Below are positions 1 through 6,859 of a DNA stretch of 19,176 nt, one piece after another. The translations under genes and the position numbers were made by a program. The DNA comes from Candidatus Hadarchaeota archaeon (lineage in GTDB: Archaea; CAYQAE01; CAYVLA01). The notes below the pieces were generated by a model. The model ran no database searches. It was given only the letters and a program-made list of their open reading frames with translations, and was not told the DNA's origin. Numbering within the stretch: the first letter of the stretch is position 1; every line of letters starts with the position of its first letter. Location: the NCBI GenBank assembly GCA_964452145.1, contig CAYVLA010000035.1, forward strand, positions 9,944-29,119. Reading direction: 5' to 3'.

Positions 1-1291
1 CGGAGAGCGAACTCAACTTCCTCAGCTTCTCGGCTTGCTCGAGGGCCTTGGCTTTCAGGGTCCCGGCCCTCAGATCCCATCTCCTCAACTCGTCCTCGCA
101 GGAGGGGATCCTGGCCTTTGCCTCCTTGGCGCGGTCCTCGGCCGCCGCAGCCTCAAATTCCTTGCGCTGCCGGGACGAGGCCAGTTCGGACAGCCTCCGG
201 TCGACCTCCTTGAGCTTGTCGGATAGGTCGGATTCTCCTTCCTTCTCCTGCCGGATCTCCACTCGCAGGCCCTCGATGGCCCTCTCCAGTTGGGATCTCT
301 GGACGTCGAGCTCTAGCCCCCTTGCTCTCAGCTCGGACAGACCCTCAAGACGAGTTGAGGCGTCCTGATGTAGCCTTTCGATCCGGGCCCTCTCCGGAAT
401 CAGCTGCCCGAGCTTGGCCTCCAAATCCTTTAGCTGTTCGCCCAGGGAGGATGATCTTCTGCCCAGCTGCTCGATCTGGAATCTTCTGTTGGCAAGCCCG
501 GACTCATGGTCGGCTGTTGCACGGGCGATCTCCTGGATCTTGCGCAAAGCCTCTTCTAGCGGCTTCGACCTGGCCGTCAGCTCCTGCAGCTCGACCGAGG
601 TCGAGGAGATCTCCAGGCTCAGACTCCGGATTCTCTTCTCGGTTTCGATGATCTCCTGCTCACATCTCCTCTTGTTGTCCCTTAGCTCGTCCAGGTCGTA
701 CCGTTTCAGATAGGCTTTCGCCTCCCCGAGCTGGCCCTCCACGGTGCCTATGCCCATGTCAAAGATCTTGACAAACTCGGTCAGCCTCTCATAGGTCTCC
801 CTGAGCCCCTCTGCCCCGAGAAGCTTGTCGATGCTTTTCTGGCGTTCCTCGGCGCCGCCCGTTATGACGTTGGTCAACTCTCCCTGGGCGGAGTAGAAAA
901 GGTCCCTGAACTTGCGGGCCGACACATCCAACGTCTCTTCGATGAACGCGTTGATCTCGTTGGAGTTCTCGGACACAAGGGTCCAGGAGAGACCGTCGGG
1001 CGAACTCTCCAGCGTATTCTGGTTGCCGCGGGCGACCCTGAAGTGGGTGCCCTGGTATTCGAAGATGAGTTCGATCTGCAACTTCTCAGGCGTTGCGGTC
1101 TTCCTCAGCACATCGTTCTTCTTGGGGCCGTGTCCGAAGCCAAAGAGAGCGACGAGCATCGCTTCGAGTACGGAGGACTTCCCGCTCCCGATCCTGCCCA
1201 GCAGGACGTTCAGGCCAGGCCTGAAGGTCACCCTCGTGGTGGCATCTCCGTATGACCGGAAGTTTCTCAGCCTGACCTCCTCAATCCTCAG
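1..1291 (-). CDS. rad50: DNA double-strand break repair ATPase Rad50 (SMC family), 3' end truncated by the window edge
   Basis: Not in the ORF track; translated by hand from CTG at 1291: (M)RIEEVRLRNFRSYGDATTRVTFRPGLNVLLGRIGSGKSSVLEAMLVALFG. Contains Walker A GRIGSGKSS, Q-loop FYSAQGEL and a long coiled coil open to position 1. Lies directly after mre11 with a 4-nt CTGA overlap and AGGAGG about 10 nt upstream. Confidence 0.95.
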   Translation of the reverse strand, partial: MRIEEVRLRNFRSYGDATTRVTFRPGLNVLLGRIGSGKSSVLEAMLVALFGFGHGPKKNDVLRKTATPEKLQIELIFEYQGTHFRVARGNQNTLESSPDGLSWTLVSENSNEINAFIEETLDVSARKFRDLFYSAQGELTNVITGGAEERQKSIDKLLGAEGLRETYERLTEFVKIFDMGIGTVEGQLGEAKAYLKRYDLDELRDNKRRCEQEIIETEKRIRSLSLEISSTSVELQELTARSKPLEEALRKIQEIARATADHESGLANRRFQIEQLGRRSSSLGEQLKDLEAKLGQLIPERARIERLHQDASTRLEGLSELRARGLELDVQRSQLERAIEGLRVEIRQEKEGESDLSDKLKEVDRRLSELASSRQRKEFEAAAAEDRAKEAKARIPSCEDELRRWDLRAGTLKAKALEQAEKLRKLSSLS

Positions 1292-2628
1292 AGCTCGTCA
1301 TCCTCCTGGGCCGGGTAGAAGGACTCGGCGACGGCGACAAGGTCCCTTTCCAGCACCGACTGCACCTCCTCCTTATCGTCCCTTTCGAACGCCCTGTAGA
1401 CGTTGTAGGCGATCTGGGAGAGGATCGATATCACCGACTCGTCCCTGATTGGGTTGCCCGCCAGGTCCCGCAGGTTCCGCTCGGAGAACAGCCTTCTGAA
1501 CGTCTCGGGGGATATCCTGACCGACCTCCAGTCGCCGTTGTGGACTAGTTCCCCGATCTCCTTCCTTACGACCTTCTCGGTGTTGAACTTGGCGGCTGTC
1601 GCTCCGCGTTCGGTGAGAGAGGCCTCCATCGCAGCCCTGTCCACGTCGTTGTGGCCGTGAGGGGTCTGGCCACGGAGGACGAAGTAGATTAGGGCACCTG
1701 AGATGTCCGGCTCGACCACCGCCTGAAGGCACTGTTCGGTTATCTCGCTGCCCGACAGGCCGTCCACATCCATCTCGTACCTCCGGATCTTCCTGTTCTG
1801 GTCCAGGTCCACCACCCGAAAGTCGGGCACGAGGTCCTCACGGGTGAGCTCCAAGATGTAGTAACCCTTCCGCTCACCGAACTCGCCGGAGTCTATCCTC
1901 TCCGAGCTTCCCGGAATTAGGAACTTGGTGTCCTCATACTCCTGGTAGAATGGTCTGTGTGTATGGCCGGCAATGACCAGGTCGAACCCCTTCCTCCTGA
2001 ATAGCTCAGGGGGAAGGATGTCACCCCTGGTGTAAGGTGTCGTCAGCTCGGCCAAACCCTGATGAATGACCAGGATGTTGTGATGGACTCCCTCTATCGG
2101 CCGGAGCTCGGAGAACAGCTTTTCGAACTGTGAAGGGGATCGGTGGCCCAGACCTTGGATCCCGACCTTCACCCCGCCTTTCTCGCATACGTATCGGGGG
2201 AAGTAGACCGATTCGTCAACCCTCCTCGCATCTAGGTAGTTGCACAGGGACATCGAGTCGAAGTACTTCAGCACGCTGAAGCAGCCGCTCTCACATCGGG
2301 CATCGGCGGTGCCGTCGTGATTCCCATGCACGACGAAGACGTTGGGCGCATCCCTCTGCCCGCTGATCTCCTCCGATACCTGGCATCCTTCCTGCCCCTG
2401 TGGTATGGCCTGGATTCCAGAAAGGCCTCTTTCGAAGATCCATCCGGGCGGGAACACGGAATCGAATAGGTCACCAGCGTGGATGACTAGGTCGGGGCCC
2501 TGGCCCAGCATGGAGTCGAGGAAGATGTCAAAGCCAGCGTTGATATCGCCTTCTCTGAACTCCATGGTTGGGTATCTGCGGCCCAGATGAGAGTCCGCAG
2601 TAACGCCTATTCGTATGGCCTCACTCAT
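1288..2628 (-). CDS. mre11: DNA repair nuclease Mre11 (metallophosphoesterase)
   Basis: Motifs ADSHLG, HAGDLFD, VHGNHD, VIHQ, AGHTH and PGSSER; adjacent to rad50; ATGA overlap with the upstream NMD3 stop. Confidence 0.95.
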   Translation of the reverse strand: MSEAIRIGVTADSHLGRRYPTMEFREGDINAGFDIFLDSMLGQGPDLVIHAGDLFDSVFPPGWIFERGLSGIQAIPQGQEGCQVSEEISGQRDAPNVFVVHGNHDGTADARCESGCFSVLKYFDSMSLCNYLDARRVDESVYFPRYVCEKGGVKVGIQGLGHRSPSQFEKLFSELRPIEGVHHNILVIHQGLAELTTPYTRGDILPPELFRRKGFDLVIAGHTHRPFYQEYEDTKFLIPGSSERIDSGEFGERKGYYILELTREDLVPDFRVVDLDQNRKIRRYEMDVDGLSGSEITEQCLQAVVEPDISGALIYFVLRGQTPHGHNDVDRAAMEASLTERGATAAKFNTEKVVRKEIGELVHNGDWRSVRISPETFRRLFSERNLRDLAGNPIRDESVISILSQIAYNVYRAFERDDKEEVQSVLERDLVAVAESFYPAQEDDEL

Positions 2629-3761
2629 CCTGCCGCCTCCTGCCTGGCATCAGGGACCGCCTTGGGAACGTCATCAACCCAGACGACCCTGACCGTTTCC
2701 CCCACACGGACGCCGGGCAGGGCGTTGTCAAGGTCGAATGTGGCGTTCGTCTTGGGATCCAGGATCTGGATGCCGTCGGGGCGCACCTCTAGAACCAATG
2801 CTTCGCCGACCTGCTCCCTTCTCTCCACGAGGGGAAGCTCTCCGGTCAGGGCCGTATCGACTGTGATCGTCTCCCGCAGTCCGACCAGAGTTGCCCTAGT
2901 GCCATGGATATGGTGGACGGCGTGAAGGATGCCGTTGTACATCGTTATGTCCCCCTTCCTAAGCCTCGGCAGCCGCACCGACAACGTGAACTTGTACAGC
3001 TTCCGGTTCGATCCCTTCTCGACCCCGATCAGTTTCCTAGACTCATGGAGGATTCCACCCCACTGCGCGATTATCCTCCCTGCAATGTCCCTCGCTCTGG
3101 AGGTCGATCCCAGATAGAAGTCCCGGCCCTCCTTTTTGTCGACGATCTTGCCGAGGAAGCCCATCGCATCGCGGGCCCGAGCTAGGGACCCCTCCTGGGC
3201 CAGGGACGTAGCTGATAGGATCTCCTCGTCCCCCAGAGGGCGCCGATCGGCCCTGAGCTGCAACAGGCAGGCGAAGAAGTCGGATCGCCTGAGTTCGCAG
3301 GCCTGGCAGAGACTCTTGTCCATCGCTACCGAGGGACGAAGCACGACATCCGCGCTTCCCTCCTCGCCCCGGATTTGCCCCATGCTGGCGATGACCTCGA
3401 AGACGGCCTTGTTCCTCGATATCTGGGTCCGGGTGATTTGCAGAGAATCGATCCGGGGCTTCCAGGCGGCTGGCCCCGGGCCCGATGTCATGTACTCCCT
3501 CACCCGGATCCTCCGGGGCAGCTCGTCCCGGGCGGCTTTGGCGAGCGTGGAAGCCAGATCGTCCCCGCCCTTCCTCCACACGTTCTCGTGTTTGTACCTC
3601 AGACAATCCGGGCAGACCCTCAGCCGGAAGGGCGCCAGGCCGATCGCCTCGCCGGTCTGAAGGAGGCAGTTCGTACAGGTTCCCCCGACCAACTGGACAA
3701 CCCTCCTGCCGCACCTAGGGCACACAAGGCCGGGGACCGGATCGGATCGTGGCGCAGTCAT
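2625..3761 (-). CDS. nmd3: NMD3-family ribosome biogenesis protein
   Basis: Four CxxC pairs (CPRC, CTNC, CPDC, CQAC), LLQLR, GRDFYLGS and YKFTLSVRLP, plus a C-terminal SH3/OB-like extension. Start reassigned to ATG 3761 (MTAPRSDP) because the longer ORF start lies inside DUF424. Confidence 0.9.
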   Translation of the reverse strand: MTAPRSDPVPGLVCPRCGRRVVQLVGGTCTNCLLQTGEAIGLAPFRLRVCPDCLRYKHENVWRKGGDDLASTLAKAARDELPRRIRVREYMTSGPGPAAWKPRIDSLQITRTQISRNKAVFEVIASMGQIRGEEGSADVVLRPSVAMDKSLCQACELRRSDFFACLLQLRADRRPLGDEEILSATSLAQEGSLARARDAMGFLGKIVDKKEGRDFYLGSTSRARDIAGRIIAQWGGILHESRKLIGVEKGSNRKLYKFTLSVRLPRLRKGDITMYNGILHAVHHIHGTRATLVGLRETITVDTALTGELPLVERREQVGEALVLEVRPDGIQILDPKTNATFDLDNALPGVRVGETVRVVWVDDVPKAVPDARQEAAG

Positions 3762-3771
3762 CTTCCCTCGC

Positions 3772-4092
3772 CTACAAGAACATCCTGACCATCTGGGCGT
3801 GAGGGATTCCGCCGATGGCGATGACGTGCTCCCCCTGCACCAGCCCCATCTTGATGGCTTTGGATACCGATCTCTCCCCGACGAAGTTGCCGATCGTTGC
3901 TTCCCTAAGGTAGGGATCACAGTCGTCGACATCAACAAGGGTGCCGCGATAGAAGCGCTCGCTGACCTTCATGCAGAACTGGCCCTCCCGAAACGTCCTC
4001 CCCAGAGCCTCGCAGTCGCACATCGCGACCAGGACTTCGCCCTGGGTCCTGTGGACCTTCAGAAAGACCTTCGGCGGCTTCTCATCATCCAA
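3772..4092 (-). CDS. DUF424 family protein
   Basis: LKVH..GEVLVAMCD.E.LG.TF.EG...VSERFYRG...ATIGNFVG...V..AI..GLV....V..IGGIPHAQ; TTG start; typical neighbour of NMD3 and aIF2-beta. Confidence 0.9.
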   Translation of the reverse strand: MDDEKPPKVFLKVHRTQGEVLVAMCDCEALGRTFREGQFCMKVSERFYRGTLVDVDDCDPYLREATIGNFVGERSVSKAIKMGLVQGEHVIAIGGIPHAQMVRMFL

Positions 4093-4101
4093 GGGATCGA
4101 C

Positions 4102-4512
4102 CTAGAAGGTTCTTATGCTGCTCCTGGCCCCGCAGGCCTCGCACTTGAGCATGTTGACCCTTCCCTGCTTGACGATGTGGGTGTCCGGCTTTCCGCATTC
4201 GTGGCAGAAGACGTACTCCTTGGCATAGTCATTGACTATTGCCATGATCTTGTCCTCCGTGAACTTGCCTTGGAATACCGCCCTTCGACCCTCCAAGTCG
4301 CCTGCCGTTGCCAGCTCGCGCGTGACGTACTTCAGAACCCGGTCGGCGCTACGGTTGAAGGCATCCGCGAGGTCCCCGAAGTTGCGGACTATGGTCCTCT
4401 TTCCCACGGTGATCATCTCAAGCTGCGGGATGTCGAATCTCTTATGTTCGAAGATCTCCTTGGGCAGTTGGGATCTCGCCCTGTCCAGAAGCTCATCATA
4501 GTTGTAAGTCAT
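4102..4512 (-). CDS. eif2b: Translation initiation factor 2 subunit beta (aIF2-beta)
   Basis: YDELLDRA, RFDIP, GKRTIVRNF, RELATAG and Zn ribbon YVFCHECGKPDT...LKCEACGA. Confidence 0.97.
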   Translation of the reverse strand: MTYNYDELLDRARSQLPKEIFEHKRFDIPQLEMITVGKRTIVRNFGDLADAFNRSADRVLKYVTRELATAGDLEGRRAVFQGKFTEDKIMAIVNDYAKEYVFCHECGKPDTHIVKQGRVNMLKCEACGARSSIRTF

Positions 4513-5104
4513 TCTTCTTCACCTTTCGAAGCTTGTAGATCTCAAGCTCCCTGAGAGGCTCCCAATTGGGATCCAGAACGGGATTGATAGACACAGGTGA
4601 GATATAGATCTCTCCGTTGTACTCCCTTACCTGACCTATCACATCGACGATCTGTCCGGTCTCGACGGGCGCGATAAGTCCCGCTTCCTCTCGCCAACCC
4701 TTGATGCGTATGGTCTCAGTGCCGTCATCCAGGGTGAGGGCCGAGTAAGTCCCGTCGCTGGATGAGAACTTGTGGACCACCGTTCCCATGAGGCGCGCCC
4801 TGTCCACGTTCTCGCCGTTCCACATCCTGACAAAGCTTCTTTGAGAACCCGACCCTCGAACGAATTCGCCGCTCACCAGCTCCATTGTGTAGACCTTGGC
4901 GGCGTACTCATCTATCTCCGCGGGCTCGGTGGTCGCGGCTTCCTGGCGTGGTCCAGCCGTCCCTTCGCCCTCACCTCGGCCTTCTCCGACGCCCACCTCC
5001 CCCATGAGCTTGATCTCGTCGAGGTCCTCCATCTCGTCCAGGCCCAGCTCGTCCAACTCGAGTGAGCTCCGATCCGTCTCGGAATCCTGCTTGTCTTGAG
5101 CCAT
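4496..5104 (-). CDS. OB-fold ssDNA-binding protein, RPA2/RPA32-like, with acidic N-terminal extension
   Basis: RARLMGTVV, LTLDDGTETIRIKGW, GQIVDVIGQVREYNGEIYI and C-terminal helix DPNWEPLRELEI. ATG 5104 preferred; 17-nt overlap with aIF2-beta. Confidence 0.8.
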   Translation of the reverse strand: MAQDKQDSETDRSSLELDELGLDEMEDLDEIKLMGEVGVGEGRGEGEGTAGPRQEAATTEPAEIDEYAAKVYTMELVSGEFVRGSGSQRSFVRMWNGENVDRARLMGTVVHKFSSSDGTYSALTLDDGTETIRIKGWREEAGLIAPVETGQIVDVIGQVREYNGEIYISPVSINPVLDPNWEPLRELEIYKLRKVKKNDLQL

Positions 5105-5320
5105 GCGACCACAGGACCTTCCTTGGGCTAGGGAGGTGTGTTCTGCCGTAGGGCAGCATGGCAGATGGCTGAAAAAGCTTTTCTCCACTCCACGGCCCGA
5201 CATCCAACACATCGGCAGTAACAGGGTCGCTGTAACGACAGTTATGTATTAGGGACCCAGATCTGAAAAGGAGTTATCACGCCCCTCCGGGAGACCGCAA
5301 AAACTGGCAGGGATTCCAAC

Positions 5321-6181
5321 ATGAACCCGTCTATCCCCATCACCGACAACCACATGCATGTCGACCCCAGGTCTGGGCTGGGTTCGGTTGAGGTGGCCAA
5401 GATCTTCGCCAGAGTGGGTGGAACCCATCTGATGGTGGTCAACAAGATGGTCGCAGACTGGGGCCTTCGCTTTGGGTCCCTGGAGGAGTTCGATCAGGCC
5501 TGCAGGTTCTTCCTCGACGAGGTTGGGCGCATCAACTCGGAGACGACGGTTCACGCCTTTGCCGTCATAGGGCCGCACCCAGTCGAGCTGGTCAGGCTCT
5601 GGGAGGGCATCGGTCCGTCGAGAGCCGTGGCATGCATGGAGGAGTCTCTGAGGCGTAGCGTTGGCCTCGTCCGGGAAGGCAAGGCAGTTGCCCTGGGAGA
5701 GGTCGGAAGACCCCACTTCCCGGTCCCCGACCCGATCTTGGAGGCGTCCAACCATCTGCTTGATCTTACGCTTCAACTGGCCGCGGATGCGGGTTGTCCC
5801 GTTCAGCTCCACATGGAGTCCGGCACGGCCGGACAGTATGAGGAGTTGGCACATCGAGCCAGAGCAGCAGGTCTGCCGCCTGAGAAGGTGATCCGGCACT
5901 TCTCACCTCCCTTGATTGACGTGGGGGAGAGAACGGGCATTATGCCATCCGTATTATCGACCAGACGGAATATGGTTTCGGCCCTTTCGCAGGGGGATCG
6001 ATTCCTGATGGAGACGGACTTCATTGACGACCGAAGAAGACCGGGGGCCGTCCTGGGACCCAAGAGCGTGCCCCGCTTGACTGCCGTGCTCCTGGCCCAA
6101 GGCAAGATGAGCGAGGAATCTGCTTTCGCCATCCACAAGACAAGCGTCGAGAGGGCCTACGGCATAGAGATCTGCCTCTAG
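5321..6181 (+). CDS. TatD-family metal-dependent hydrolase (archaeal type)
   Basis: DNHMHVD, GPHPVE, ALGEVGRPHFPV, VQLHME, VIRHFS, FLMETDFIDD.RRPGAVLGPKSVPR. Confidence 0.92.
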   Translation: MNPSIPITDNHMHVDPRSGLGSVEVAKIFARVGGTHLMVVNKMVADWGLRFGSLEEFDQACRFFLDEVGRINSETTVHAFAVIGPHPVELVRLWEGIGPSRAVACMEESLRRSVGLVREGKAVALGEVGRPHFPVPDPILEASNHLLDLTLQLAADAGCPVQLHMESGTAGQYEELAHRARAAGLPPEKVIRHFSPPLIDVGERTGIMPSVLSTRRNMVSALSQGDRFLMETDFIDDRRRPGAVLGPKSVPRLTAVLLAQGKMSEESAFAIHKTSVERAYGIEICL

Positions 6182-6193
6182 GCTGGGGCCGGC

Positions 6194-6673
6194 CTATGCC
6201 GCACGGCTTCCGAGGAAGGGGGCCTGGGATCTCCTCTTCCTGATCCAGGCGGATATCAGCTTGGCCGGGTAGTAGGCTGGCCCCCAGACGGCCATGCAGA
6301 AGGACTCATGGTCGCCGATTGCCCTGGCCCTCACCATCTCGCTGGTGGGCAGCATGCCTCTGTTGGGACAGATGACGTGGTTCGGGCCGGGGAAAGCCCG
6401 GCAGACTAGGGGGCGGCTCTCGTATACTGTGCAACCGGAGTCACGATCGTGGAATGTGCACGAGCCATCCGCCCTGCGGCGAAGGATGAAGCGGAAGCCC
6501 TCGACGTCGTTGGAGTCGTTCTCGATCTTGTCCACGAGCCTGCGCGCGCCGAAAAGCCGCATGAGCCTGTCGATGTCGGGATTGAGCAGCTCAACCTTGA
6601 GGTCCCTGCAGCAGGCACCGCATCGTGTGCAGAGGAATGTCCCTGGACGCGATGTGACCTTGTGACATCCAAT
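6194..6673 (-). CDS. YkgJ-family cysteine-cluster protein; start uncertain (non-canonical start or 1-nt frameshift)
   Basis: The frame of ORF 6194..6562 continues upstream through FLCTRCGACCR (about 6605-6637) and also contains GSCTFHD..SGCTVYESRPLVCRAFP. There is no in-frame ATG/GTG/TTG upstream of the CxxCGxCC motif; an in-frame ATT lies at 6673. Confidence 0.75.
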   Translation of the reverse strand: MGCHKVTSRPGTFLCTRCGACCRDLKVELLNPDIDRLMRLFGARRLVDKIENDSNDVEGFRFILRRRADGSCTFHDRDSGCTVYESRPLVCRAFPGPNHVICPNRGMLPTSEMVRARAIGDHESFCMAVWGPAYYPAKLISAWIRKRRSQAPFLGSRAA

Positions 6674-6859
6674 GAGCGGGTTCGGGGTTGCGGTCGTATC
6701 AGGTCCGGGCGGGGGTTCTGCCCGTAACGCTGACGAGAGTTTGTTGATTTCTCTTTCCTTACAGGGCCTTATGAGTCCTCGGAGTTGAGATGACCTTTTT
6801 TAGGAGATGGGCGCTCGAAGAGCGAATCCCTCCCTGCCGACACGGGAGGAGGGCCTTGG

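Noticed and set aside
35..1448. Several + strand ORFs rich in Ser/Leu
   Set aside because: Antisense shadows of the Rad50 coiled coil and Mre11.
3762..3938. N-terminal extension of NMD3 in the ORF track
   Set aside because: Overlaps DUF424 in another frame and is low-complexity; ATG 3761 precedes the first CxxC.
3799..4554. 251-aa + strand ORF, and similar long antisense ORFs elsewhere
   Set aside because: Antisense to well-supported genes; expected in GC-rich DNA and lacking motifs.
5171..5183. Palindrome AAAAGCTTTT upstream of the RPA2-like gene
   Set aside because: Adequately explained as a BRE/TATA-like promoter element; no evidence for a separate operator.
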